Assembly: GCA_010093815.1 (NCBI GenBank)
Contig: ML996570.1
Source: Pseudovirgaria hyperparasitica
Lineage: Eukaryota
DNA: 64,000 nucleotides
Strand: one strand, 5' to 3'
The stretch's first letter is position 1, and every line of letters starts with the position of its first letter. Both the position numbers and the translations under genes were made by a program. This document shows positions 40,001-53,850 of this stretch, one piece after another. The notes below the pieces were generated by a model. The model saw only the letters and a program-made list of their open reading frames with translations. It was not told the origin of the DNA and made no database searches.

Positions 40001-40973
40001 GCAGCATCTTATCAAAGACGACGAAGATCTCAACCTACTTCGCAAGGCTCTCGCCGTGGAGCCCAGTTCAGACCTGGGCGACGTGCACCTATGGGCAATG
40101 AAACAGAAGGAGATCAAGTCTTTGAACAATGGTGGAGTCACGGGTGTAGTTCGTAGTGCGGCCAAAATCTCAGGCTACTACGTGCCGAACCCGTCAGGAT
40201 GCGCCAGAACGGAGCCGACCAAGAAGATCCGCAACGAAGAAAAGTCCAAATACTTACCTCACCGCATCAAGGTGCTCAAGCAAAGGGAAGAAAGGGAAGC
40301 GCAGGCCAAGAATGATCCTGCTGCTGCTGCCGCCGCTGCCAAGCTCAAGCAAGAAGCCAAGCTTACATCCATGGCTTCTTCTCGACAGAACCGAGCCAAC
40401 AATCGTCGTCTCGCGAATGAGATCAGCACACAGAATCTCAGTATCGAAGGAGATACAATGAAGTTCAACCAGCTCAAGAAGCGCAAGAAGCTTGTCAGAT
40501 TTGATCGTTCGGCCATTCATAATTGGGGTCTGTACGCCGAAGAGAATATTGCACAGACAGATATGATTATCGAATACGTCGGTGAGAAAGTGCGACAGCG
40601 TGTTGCGGATCTTCGAGAGGCAAAATATACGATTCAGGGCGTTGGTAGCAGCTACCTCTTCCGCATAGACGAAGACACGATCATCGACGCGACAAAGCAA
40701 GGTGGCATTGCTCGCTTCATCAACCACAGCTGCTCTCCAAACTGTACGGCCAAGATCATTCGGGTGGACGGCGAGAAACGTATCGTCATCTATGCGCTGA
40801 GAGACATCGCCAAGAGTAGGTCTTATTTGATCACGTGTGCCATACCACCAGACTAACATATATATCTAGACGAGGAACTTACATACGATTACAAGTTTGA
40901 GCGAGAACTCGGCAGTGACGATCGGATACCATGTCTTTGCGGCTCTGTTGGTTGCAAGGGCTTCCTCAACTAA
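37067..40973 (+). CDS. SET1: Histone H3K4 methyltransferase Set1 (COMPASS)
   Basis: RRM region (IMITGFDP), [17 protein letters not shown] domain [11 protein letters not shown]...GSSYLFRID...[12 protein letters not shown], and spliced post-[15 protein letters not shown]...[15 protein letters not shown]. Confidence 0.95.
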
Positions 40974-41976
40974 GCTCACCCCAATACTCCAATACCACAT
41001 CTCCGTCCCCGGGACGACATACATATTGCCCACAGCCTCCGTTGCCCAGCTTTTTTCAACCTGCTTGGCGTTCACGGCTGTACTATTCAACCTCATACCT
41101 CGGTTCATGAAAAGTAGTCTTCGGCGTTTTTGACTGCATTGATGGCGCTTGGCTTTCCTCTTACTACTCTCCTATTGTCAGGATTCGCACCTGTCCCACG
41201 GTCGCTCCGCAGCTTCGTGGCGGCACTGGTGTATGTATACTTCGAAGAGAACTACTGCATCACGGCGCGATCCGGGACATGTGGTGCGAGATCTCGCCGC
41301 AGCTTCAGCTTTATTTGTTTGTACAAAACTTCCTGGGTGGTTTGGCTTGTTTGTTGTAAGCCTAGATGGAGATCTGCTACGCGATCACCTCCGGAAGTGA
41401 CAACCTGGCGGGGCTGGGATTGGTGCTCACTGAGGGAGAGGGCAGATAGGCTTTGAGGTATGGAAGCAGGATATCTGCGGCTTCTGGGCACGTAGAGGAC
41501 GCGTGAACATGGATATATAAGAATCAATTGAGGGATAATTAGTAATTTCTGCAGCCGAAGTTTGCTTTCTGCCTGCTTGTGACCGCACACGATAATCCGC
41601 CAATCAACTGCCATATATCCGATGGCAACGGACAACAGGGAACGGATCGTTTTTGTGGGGTCGCGAGGTCTCTGACTCGTGATTGTTCCACAGCAGTCCA
41701 GACAAAAGGAAGGTGCCGTAGTTGGCCGGATTAGGCAATCGCCTTGACCCCCTACGTCAATTCAACTCCTTTGTTTGACTTATAAACTCCGAGCTTATCC
41801 TCTTATGTTGTCAGCATTCCTGCCACCAGACATTCCTACGCTCGACGATGCCAGCATCAATAGGTGAATGAACTGCACCGCCACCTCCTGATTAGCCTGC
41901 CTATTGCCACTTTCCGTCGTCTTCCTACAGACTTGGGTTAGACACAAGAGGAATGCGGTCAGACTTCCTGCAGTCC

Positions 41977-43812
41977 ATGGACCTCGAGCCTCAGTATGGC
42001 ATCCTTATCATAGCATCCTCCATCTTTGTCGCCTTTCTTGCTGGAACGTGGCTGCATTCCAGAAGCAAAGATGGGCAACGAGCGCCTCCTAATTCCAATT
42101 TGCCGTTCGGGGGTGACCTGCTATACGTCATGTGGGATATGAAGGCGTGTTTTGATAGTGTATTGTGAGTCTTTTGGGAATAATCGTTTGGGGGAGAAAC
42201 CGATCTCCCGGACCGTAGATTAATGCTGATTTTCTGGCGCAGAAAAGCATTTGATGGACTCCCTGTGCGACTTCGTCTGATCTTCACCGACATGTTCGTC
42301 GTCTTTGGTCCGGAAAACGTCAATACGGTGTGGAAGTCGCCCAACCTGCACCATCGAGCGTTCCGCAATGCTTCTCTGAACACCATGTTCAAGATCTCGC
42401 AGGCGCAGCATGACTTTTACGTCTCGGACGATTCGGGGCATTCTGAGCGACCGACGCCGGGGTCCAAGAGACCTCCGCATCTGCGTGTTGATTACGCCGG
42501 AATGAATCCGGTCCAGAAACTGCTGACCGGCCCAGCGTCAAAGCTGCTTGAAGATCGCCTCAATGCGAATTTGTGGGAATACTATACCCAGACCAGCATC
42601 AGCACATCAGAGTGGACTGACCTGGATGATCTATGGTCGTTTGTGCGAAATGCATGTTCGACGTCGATTTTGAGAGCAATATACGGGGAGCGGCTCCTGG
42701 AGGTTATTCCGACGTTTATAGAAGACTTCTGGACCTTTGACAAGACCATCCACAAGCTCTCGCAGCGGACCCCCCGATGGCTCTGTCCACAGGCGTACAA
42801 GTCGCGCGACAAATGCATTGACGCCGTCATTAAATGGCACGCCGATATCGAGCCTACCGTCAGAAAGGCTACGCCAGGCGAAGTAGCCTGGAGTCCCATC
42901 TACGGCACCGATGCCATCCGCGCTCGTTTGACTGCTTGGGCTCAGATGCCCGTCTACGTAGAGGATCCGGGCACATCGGCGGCAGACGACCTCGCATTCA
43001 TATGGGGGTAAGTCCCCTTTAAGCACTCCAGCAACACCACCAATTAACACCCCACCAGTGCAAACGCAAACTTAATCCCAGCCTCCTTCTGGATGCTCGT
43101 CGAAGTCCTGCACAATCCGGCCCTCCTATCCGACGCCCAAGCCGCCATCGCCCGATGCACGACCACAACCACATCCACCACGCCCAACACCACAACCATC
43201 CCAATCGACACAACCGCCCTCTCCACAAACCCCCTCCTCCAAGCCATCTACGCCGAAACAATGCGCCTCCACGTCAGCACCCTCCTCCTCCGCAGCCCAG
43301 CCCGCGTCCCCCTCCCCCTAGGCCCCTACTCCATCCCGGCCGACACATCTATCCTAATCTCCTCCCTCCACGCACACACCGACCGGCGCGTCTGGCACAG
43401 TCCCGCTTGGCCCGTGGATACGTTTCAGCCGCTCCGCTTTCTCTCCCCGGCCTCGGCATCAGCTTCGGCATCTGCGCACAGGGAGCACGTGCCAGACACG
43501 CCCATAAAAACCAACACAGATAATACTCAGGAACAGCAGCAGCAGCAAGCACAGCAACTTCAAGACCAGCAATTCTCCCTAGCCCCCTACAAAAACGCCT
43601 GGATCCCCTACGGCGGCGGCGCGAATATCTGTCCGGGCAGGCATTTGGCCAAGAAGGCGATGATGGGCCATCTTGCTGTTGTGCTGACGTTGTTTGAGTT
43701 TGATACTGGTGGGGATGGGGGTGTGCCTGGGGATGATATGGAGCGGTTTGGGCTGGGGACGTGTGCGCCGGATCGGGAGGTTAGGGTTCGGGTGCGGAGG
43801 AGGAAGGGGTGA
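41977..43812 (+). CDS. Cytochrome P450, CYP7/CYP8-like clan (3 exons)
   Basis: N-terminal TM anchor, I-helix WGANANLIPASFW, ExxR (ETMR), FQPLRF, heme motif PYGGGANICPGR. Introns at about 42165-42242 and 43007-43058. Confidence 0.88.
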
Positions 43813-44051
43813 AGGGGTGAGTGAGATGGGGGAGTGTGGAGGAAGGAGGAGGTGAGGGGCGTGAGGGAGGGATAAAGGAACTCAGAACATACACCTTGAG
43901 AAGAAGACATCGAGTAAACCCCTATTAGAACAGAAATTATATATAAGAACATACCACATCCTATCTCAGTCTTAGTCTCGGTATGCGTAGACTCGATATG
44001 TGAGCATCTAGAGAAAAGAAAAGACTAAAACTCCAAAGGAATAAAAAGAAA

Positions 44052-44169
44052 TGCATCGACCGAGAATCGAACTCGGGTCGAGTCGATATCCTGAAAAATG
44101 CCCCCTTACCGTAGAACAGAGAAGGGAACGAACTGGCAACGACTCAGTATACCACTAACCCACCGATGC
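44052..44169 (-). tRNA. tRNA-Gly(GCC) with a 47-nt intron (44087-44133)
   Basis: Minus strand reads GCATCGG-TG-GGTTAGTGGTATACT-G-AGTCG-TT-GCC-A-[intron]-T-CGACT-CGAC-CCGAG-TTCGATT-CTCGG-TCGATGC-A. Intron sits at the canonical 37/38 position, followed by an oligo-T Pol III terminator. Confidence 0.93.
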
Positions 44170-44239
44170 AACTTCCTGTACAGTTCTGTGATGGATATGT
44201 ATTTATTTGTCTCTGTTGGTTTTCTTTTTGCGAATATGA

Positions 44240-44658
44240 GGGTGTGGGCAGTGGGGAGTGGGATTGGGGAGTGGAAGTGGGGAGTAGGAGTAGGATTGGG
44301 GAGTGGGATTGGGAAGTGGGATTAGGGGAGTGGGGCTAGACCTTGCATTTTTTTTCGCGCATTTGATCTTTGAGGGTTTACTAGGGGGTCCTAATTATGG
44401 GGAGAGGGGGGTAGGTTCAGAGTGGATTTTTTTGGGGGGGCTTGGGCTTGGTGTGTGCTTTTGTGCGTTTTGTGCGTTTTGTGGGGGCAGGGGGGGTGTG
44501 GACCACCGTAGATGGTGGATGGTGGATCGTGGATCGTGGATAATTATGCACAGGGGGTTTGGAGACGGATTGGGAGGCCGGGGAATAGGGCAGGATGGGA
44601 TAGGGCAGGATAGGATAGGGCAGGATAGGATAGGGCAGGATGGGATAGGATAGGGCAA
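44240..44658. repeat. G-rich low-complexity tract: (GGGAGT/GGGATT)n and (GGATA/GGGCA)n arrays
   Basis: gtggggagtgggattggggagtggaagtggggagtagg...; gggcaggatgggatagggcaggataggatagggcaggataggatagggcagg. Confidence 0.85.
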
Positions 44659-45835
44659 GAGAAGAGGGTAAGAAGGTAAAGGTTTAAGCTGAGAGAGAGT
44701 CTGAGAGAGATTGCGATTACGACGACGTCTCCATATGGGCTCGCTACATCAACTGGCAATATATATAGCAAGCATCTTCAGAGACATGTTCAAGAAGCGA
44801 GGAAGTGTGAAGGTGAAGCTGATTTAGAATGTATTATTAAGTTGGACATTCATTGGAGTGTGCGACGATTCTTCTTTTCTGGACTTCGTCGTGTCGTGAC
44901 ATGTCTGGCATCATTTCTGTTCTATTCTGTTCTGTTCTGGGTATGATGCACGTGTATGTGTATTTATATGTGAGTATGTCTGACCAGCCAGGCATAATCC
45001 CTGAAACTCTACTCCCTCCCCCATAGCATGGGAAGGAATATCGTGCGTCTGCCCGCTATCTTATCGATTACACGTGGCTGTAAAACGTGAGATATGTACA
45101 GAGACAAGCAGAAGATGAGGCGAGAGTCAGAGAGAAAATGAATTTCGTAACAAAGTGTATTGATCAATATCGTGTCCTCTAGCACCCTATATGTATGTAT
45201 CTAAGAGAATGTTTATCAACTTGCGCCCCCCAAAACCCTATATATCCAAACGAATGTATACGAAGAGAGTGTCAACGGTATCTTCTGACATCAAAAAGCA
45301 ACAACAACATCGTTATCATCATCATGCGTATCCGCCCAGCACGCTGGTTGAGAGAATGTAATATAGTAGGACCAGCCAGCCAAGCCGGCGCTGAATGAAT
45401 GTATGAATGAATGGGGAAAAGCGAGTGTGTAGAAGCCATGCTCGCAGCAGCAACAACAAAAAGTCCAGTAAATGAGTGTGGTATCAAGGTAAAAGTTTCG
45501 TGCATGAAGAACAATGAAAGAGATAGTTTGCGTGAACCGGTTGGAAGGGAACGCCCGCGAGATGGATGCAAGCAATGATTGGGTGTCGTTACAAATGCAG
45601 GGATATGCACCAAGCCTGGGAAATGCAGCATGAGGGTATGTATGCATGTATGTATGTGGCAAACGCGAACAAACGAGTAAAAGATATCATGGCCTTCGCG
45701 GTGGAACTCGGTTATTTTTGGCGACAAGAACAACAACTGAGGTGGAAAGGTCTCACGGTGCGTGAGCCGGTGCGTCAACTATCCAACATATTAGCCACCG
45801 CACGCCAATATTCAAAGCTTCAACATTTGCGCATT

Positions 45836-48800
45836 CTACTCACAATCCAGTGTGAACATCATCCGGTTATGGCCCTTGTCGGTCCAGTCCCACTTCCGCA
45901 ACTTTGCCAGCTCGTCGTCCAGATCGAACTGCCAGCTCTTGATCTCCGCGACCGTCCGGCCGCCGTGCCCATGTGAGAACCGCACACCTGGACCGTCGCC
46001 CTCGAGCTCTGGTGTGCCAGTTCCAAGGGAGGTCGGAGAGAGCTCCCACCAGTCGAGAGAGTGGTAGTTTGGTGTTTCGATACCAGGAGCGATGTGGGAG
46101 TAGCTTTTGACTGAGACTGCGTCGTCGTCACAACTGTTTTCGTCGTCTTCCATGGAGACTTCGAGCTGGGGAAGGACGGGGGATTCGGGTCCCCAGGGCG
46201 CGTCGTCGGTTGTGGATGCATGCTCGAGGACGACAGCGGCAGTTGGAGATACTAATGTAATTCGTAAGCATCGTTCCAGTGTCACAGCAGAGAGCCGACT
46301 GTCTTACCGAGATCAGCTATAGAAGGTTCAAAGGCGCTTGGTTGCATGACTGGTGTGTTCTTAGCGAGCAATGGGGAGTGTTGTTGTATTATAAACCCAG
46401 GGCTGACAGGGGAAAAGGTCGTGACTGCGGTAGTGGTGGTGGCTGGAGGAACGTCTATGACTACTTTGCGTCAGCATGTGTTTTACCAACGTAGTAGGCC
46501 ATATTGACTTACTAGTCTTTTTTGTTGGTGGTACATATACAGTTGGTGCTAGAGTTGGTAGTACAGGTTGATGACTGACCATTGGAGCTGCTGTCGCGGT
46601 GCAGCTTGCAGGTGGAGGCGCCGAAAGTACTTGATTTGATAGACTGCCCGAGCGAATCGATGTAGCAGCATTAGACTGACCTGCCTCCCCCGGCCCGATG
46701 ATATTGTTGGACGATGCTGGTCCAGTTTGTGTCGGTAGAGAGGCAGCCTGATAAATGCTATGTTAGTACCGTCTGCCTCGATCCCGTCGCAGAGAGACGA
46801 GCTGGTAGTATCTCACCTTCTTAATGGTGGTCGCCTTGTTGACTGGAAATATACTATACACCGCACCCTTCCCATGCTTGGTGACCGGTGTGCGTGGAGA
46901 TCGCATACCATTCCTGTTGAACTTGGTTAGCGACTGGCTTACAACTGAATACAGAAGAAGAGTTGACTGACTTGCTGACGCCCCGGGAACGGCCCCTGTT
47001 GCCTTGTCTTGAGCCGCGTCGAGAGGGTTTTCGATTTACCGTGTGCTGCTACACGCCAAGATTGTTAACGGTGTCCTCCAAGACCCCTTGATCTCAACTT
47101 ACAGACGGGGGAAGTCGCGTATCCAGTCGTAGTGAAATATTCTGCCTTGACGCAGTAGCTGCTAATCTCGATATTGGTGCAGATATGCCCGTATGTGGTG
47201 CGGGTTGGAGAGCCGGCGCAAATGGCATCTGACTCGGCATTGGGTGCTCGGAAGTCTTGACATCAGAAGCTTTTGTGGACTCTTCAGTCTCATACTGTTG
47301 TCTCGAGTACCACGTCTCAAGCGGTGCAGCCCCTTCAATCGTCGTTTTGCGTTCATGCCGGGTATCGTCAATGAGTTGCTGAAGCTTGACTTGGTGCTCA
47401 TCTGGATTCTGGATGAACTTATCGAAAAGAGAATTTGCCGCAGCTATTCTCGACTTGTAGTAGCTGCTATCTCGGTTTTGCTCCTCTTTCTGAACCGTAA
47501 GCAAGGACTGGTCTCCCGAAGAAGTTTGTGACTGGTTGACTGGCTCTGACACTCCAGCCTCGTACAGCTCATTCGAGTCCACTTCTACCGCCACGTGTGA
47601 TTGGGACTCTTCAATTTTAATTGATGGCGATCTAGCTCCTGACGACGTAGGGACGATGATCTGCGTATTACTTTTAGCTCCGCTGTTGGAAGTGTCGCTC
47701 GGCATCTCACGCTTTCCCATTTGGGTCTCACTACTGCAAACATGCGAAGTGGGCGCAAGTGGTCGCGATGCCAATGCTGCATTGAAGGCGGTAATGTCAA
47801 GTTTGGGAATCTTGTCCCTCGACCCAAGTTTCTCGTGGCGCAGACGCTCTCGCATTTCTGCTTGCTGGGCGGCTGGGACTGCGTTTGGACCACGCATTGG
47901 GATGATTTCGTCTACAGATATCTTTTCCTTGCCCAACGATTTGACCGTTGTATAAGCTCTGGCCCAGCTGACTGAGGTACGGGGACGCTCAAATTGGCGC
48001 GCCTGGGGTTCGTCTTGGATAGACGTACCCTGCCTCGTCAACGTTAGCCGCTTCATGACCTTTGAAGCTATTTTCATCTCGGATCGGGATCCTGAGCGAC
48101 TTGATCCTTCTAGAAGCGACTGTGTCGATGGGCTACTCGCTCTCGGAACAGCTGTGGCGTCATTCTTTATCGCCTCTATTTGCATCGACGGGCCTGCTAC
48201 CTGGGTATCGACGGCCTGTGGTGCTGTTGTTGCCCATTCCGGCACAGCCTCTAGGGGCAGTGGTTCGAACAATGGAGGTAATTTTTCCGTGTGATGTAAG
48301 TCGGCAAGAGATCTACTTCGCCGACGGATGTTGAGAGACTGCGGCATCAGTCCTTCAGTCTCGAGTGAGGATGATACACTATCTGATCTTGTTACAGTAA
48401 GCGGACGGGCGGCCCAGAAAGCTTGACTTTCGACAATCTCGCTGTCTAGATCAGGTGCAGATGAGTCAAGACCTGCAGAGTATACTGAGGACGGACTGCT
48501 GGGAATTCGGGATAGTGAAGATTTCTGGCGGTGGAGAACATGTGATGCTGACGACATTTTTCGTTGGGAGGGCCTCTTGGAGGAGACAGAAGCCATACTG
48601 CCCGAACTGTCCGATCGTGTTCGCGACGATTGAGTGCTTGATGACTCCCAGTCGCGTCGATGCCCTCTGACACATTGGACGTCTTCTCTCTTGTCTTCGG
48701 CTTTCGAGTTAAAAACGGGCTCAAGATTTTTGGCAGCTGCATAATATTGCTCTTTGTAAAGAGAATCTGGACTCTCCCAGCTGGAAGTATGGTAGAATCG

Positions 48801-49232
48801 GTTTGTTGACTCTGTTCGGCGGTGACTATGTACCTGAACAGGATCCTCGCCTGTTAAGCCCAGGAGTTGATTCGCCTTTTGGACTCTGGGCCCCTGCGCG
48901 ACCTGTGAGATATGTGTAGTAAGTAGCGTGCTCGTTCCCAGGATTTTTGATGCTTTCTCGAGAGATGGTCCGCGGTAGTTAGCTGTCGGCGGAACGGGAG
49001 ATGCTCTGGGCTGTTTATAGGGGTTGATGGTCGGGTACATTCTCCTGTCTGTTGGTGGTGGAGGTGGTAATGGCTTGTCCTTGTTTGGAGGGTTTGGGGT
49101 AGTGGACCTAAACTGTGGACTTGGTGCAGAGATGGAGTATGTTGACATTGGCGGAGCAGAACGTGAAGCGGGCCGTGAGGTTGGATTTGTGACCGGCAAC
49201 GCGCCACTCTTCTTGTATTCGTTCAGAGACAT
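45836..49232 (-). CDS. Large, Ser/Pro/Thr-rich, probably disordered orphan protein (1036 aa, 6 exons)
   Basis: Exons 49232-47103, 47048-46972, 46913-46817, 46747-46513, 46463-46308 and 46251-45836 splice via GT..AG introns into one uninterrupted 3111-nt frame. Confidence 0.72.
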
Positions 49233-50796
49233 CGCAATTTCGTGCCTTGATAGTGTTCTATAATGAAACCTAGGGACCGAAAAGAGATACAGCGGCAGTA
49301 GCGCTGTTATGCGCTATGTAGCAGTTGCTGGGGAAGAATATGGGAATATCCGCGCCGGCGCGAGGAACAACGATAATGGGCTTCGATAAGTATCTTTCGA
49401 CCTGTCGACAGTCAATAGACTGGCAGAGTCGCAAATTGCTCTCGTGATAGCAGGGTAGACGATCCAAGTACGTCGATCAGTGACAGGCGGGACTGGAGGA
49501 ACTAGTCACCATTAACCCTGGCGAGCAGCAATGAATCTCGAACTAGACCCAGAAAATTGAGAGAGGGGGGAGAGACAGACAGCAAGACAATGAATGGATA
49601 ATATAATAAAGTGATAGGAGATGTATGCAAGTTCCCATGGATTGTCTAGGTTTCCAGAGGTGACGGTCTAGACAAAAAACCACTGTGGAACAGTATGGGA
49701 CAGGGCCAGGCTGGTTAAAGCACGTGGACATGACATGCATTGGCAGGGGGGTACGACAACATGGTCCATTGAATGGGCAAAAGAGAGAATAAGGTTAGAA
49801 GATAGATGGTAGGAAATACGGCCGTCGTAGCAAGGATAGTCTGTCCGAAACAGCACGCAAGACAGTCACGTCGATCATGGAGATGATCCGCGACAACGTC
49901 CGAGACGTTAGTTTTATGAAAAGCCGACGGCTTTCTCGGGCACCAAGTCATGAAGATGATTCATAGCGAGTATGAAAGTGTCATTGCAATGGCTTCGCTA
50001 TAGAACCTGAATGGTTCCGCACAATTGGTGTAGCAAGAGATTCGTGGTATAATCTTGGTAAGAGTGTCAAGAGAATGTTCCAAACCAGATTCGTGCGATA
50101 GACAGCTGCAGATTGTGCCGGGGTTCCTTGATAGGATTAGCACAGTCAGAGAATAGCCATATCGTACTCCTCAGGTGAGTAGCTGGCTGTAGCATGTCAC
50201 AGTATGTAATTGACGTCCACGTACTGGCTCAGATACTATGAGTGACACTAGGTATTCGTCGGCGAACAAATTATCCATGTATAGTTCAGTTTGAGCAGAT
50301 ATAAATCTAAAAAAAGTAATGAGACAAATTGTCCTACTTGCGATGCAATTGACAAAGGCGCAATGAAGCAGAGAGGTCAGGGCACACTGGCAGCAGAGAC
50401 AGATCGAGGGGCCGAGGGTTACAGGGCCATGAAGCAAGACGACCGGGGTATGGGTATCGTACAGTCTATCGATTGATCTAGGTGATGATGTACGTGGAGC
50501 AGGATAGTGAGTCGGTGAAGTGTAGAGGTTGAAGTTGAGGACGATGGTGAGAGATGGACTGATGCTTGATGCTGGGGAGAAAGGCGGACAAAGCTCAAGC
50601 GGAATGACCGCTCTGGGCAGTAGTGCGGCCAAGCTAGTCCTAGTCAGGCTAGATGACACGAGCCACAGACCATCCCCACAAACGTCTCCGCACGTTGTCG
50701 GCCGACACTACTTTGTACAACTCGAGTGTTATTCTTGACGTGCGTGTGCTATAAATATCTCATTTCTTGCATACTTATGCAAAGAATTGTCGTATC

Positions 50797-50848
50797 TGAT
50801 AGTGATAGTGACAGTGACAGTAGTAGTACTCGTGACAGCGATAGTGGT
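50797..50848. repeat. (GATAGT/GACAGT)n and (AGT)n simple repeat
   Basis: tgatagtgatagtgacagtgacagtagtagtactcgtgacagcgatagtggt. Confidence 0.7.
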
Positions 50849-50909
50849 AGTCCTGTCGCTGCGCAGGACTCGTTGTGACTTCCTCCCTATAGTCATGCAA
50901 TTATCATTT

Positions 50910-50934
50910 CACGTCAAGTACACGTCAAGTACAC
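50910..50934. repeat. 11-bp tandem duplication (CACGTCAAGTA)x2
   Basis: cacgtcaagtacacgtcaagtacac. Confidence 0.85.
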
Positions 50935-51459
50935 AATTGCAGTCAACACGCATGTCACTAATGCATGCTGTGCCTTATCTCAACAGATTCACGCCGGTAC
51001 TTGCCATCACCAGCGCCGCAACAGACATTCATCGTCAGCAGTGAGCGCAGGAGACTACTACATACCACAGTAGTAGAGTGACAAGACCACACCCTGGCTT
51101 TGGTCGAAGCTCAAGACGATACTCTCATCCTTGCTAGTGTTGCAGCTCACGGGTCTGCCACATTCCCACCCGTATGTCACTCAACCTTACCCCATCACCG
51201 ATGTTTCACGCTGACATCGAAAGAATGTCCATACTTTCCAGCCACTCAGCGGCGCCGTATGTCATTCCTTGCGTCCAATCATGGCACCTGGCTAGACAGC
51301 ATGGTCGACGCATCTCACAAGTATAGTGTAATAGTTCTCTTATTCAATTGTGCTTCCATTTTTATTTCTATCTAGTCCCTACCTTGTCACAAGTCGTGTG
51401 CTAAGTCGTCACTTCATCCACATCAATAGTCTGGGGTATTCGGGCCCCGAGGTAAGCTC

Positions 51460-53126
<1,667 letters not shown>

Positions 53127-53850
53127 TTAGGGAGGGTGAGAGAAAAGTGTCTCACAAAGTTCTATATCTATACAAAGGAGGCATGATGTCAGCATATTCC
53201 CAACGGCCTAGTGCCTTGGAAACAAAACAAGCAAAAAAGCATTGAATGGCTGGGCAGGAAAATGCCGCAGATACACTGTCTTGGTATGGGACAACAAAGG
53301 ACGAGGGTGAGTCAAATTCACTGATTGAGACTCACCAATTACCCAATGGTTGAGGAGTGATGGGACTGTGGAAGATGTTAAAAGAGAAAAGGACTCCGTG
53401 CTGGCGAGACAACTATGTATTCTCACTAAAATGGTGGGGTCAAGCTGGAGGGGCAACATCCAGAATTGGTGCCTCAGGCTTGAGCTGCGCAGGTCCGCCA
53501 AGTCAGGCAGCAAGGACTGCAAAAGAGCCTGACTAAGCACTGCCAAATACCTTTAGTACTCCTCCCATCCAATTTAGATCGCCGTGGTCTAGGTGGCCCA
53601 AGCTTGACTTCACCTCCGAACGCATGCAGAAGCTCCGTCTACATATCAACACAACTACAGTACCCTACAGAGTCCTTCAGAATCCTTTTTTAGCCATCTA
53701 CGCATCTCCAAGTCCTTACCGCAAACGCCATAGCACACCTTCCACACACCCCCGCCCAAGCGGAACACACCAGCGAAGGGCAAATTCGATCACCTTCGGC
53801 CATCACCTCACGAACTCACTCTTCGCACATCACCTAGATCGCGGCACAGT

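Noticed and set aside
44580..44660. Regular repeat array resembling CRISPR or telomere sequence
   Set aside because: Pentamer microsatellite without unique spacers, in a eukaryotic context; not TTAGGG.
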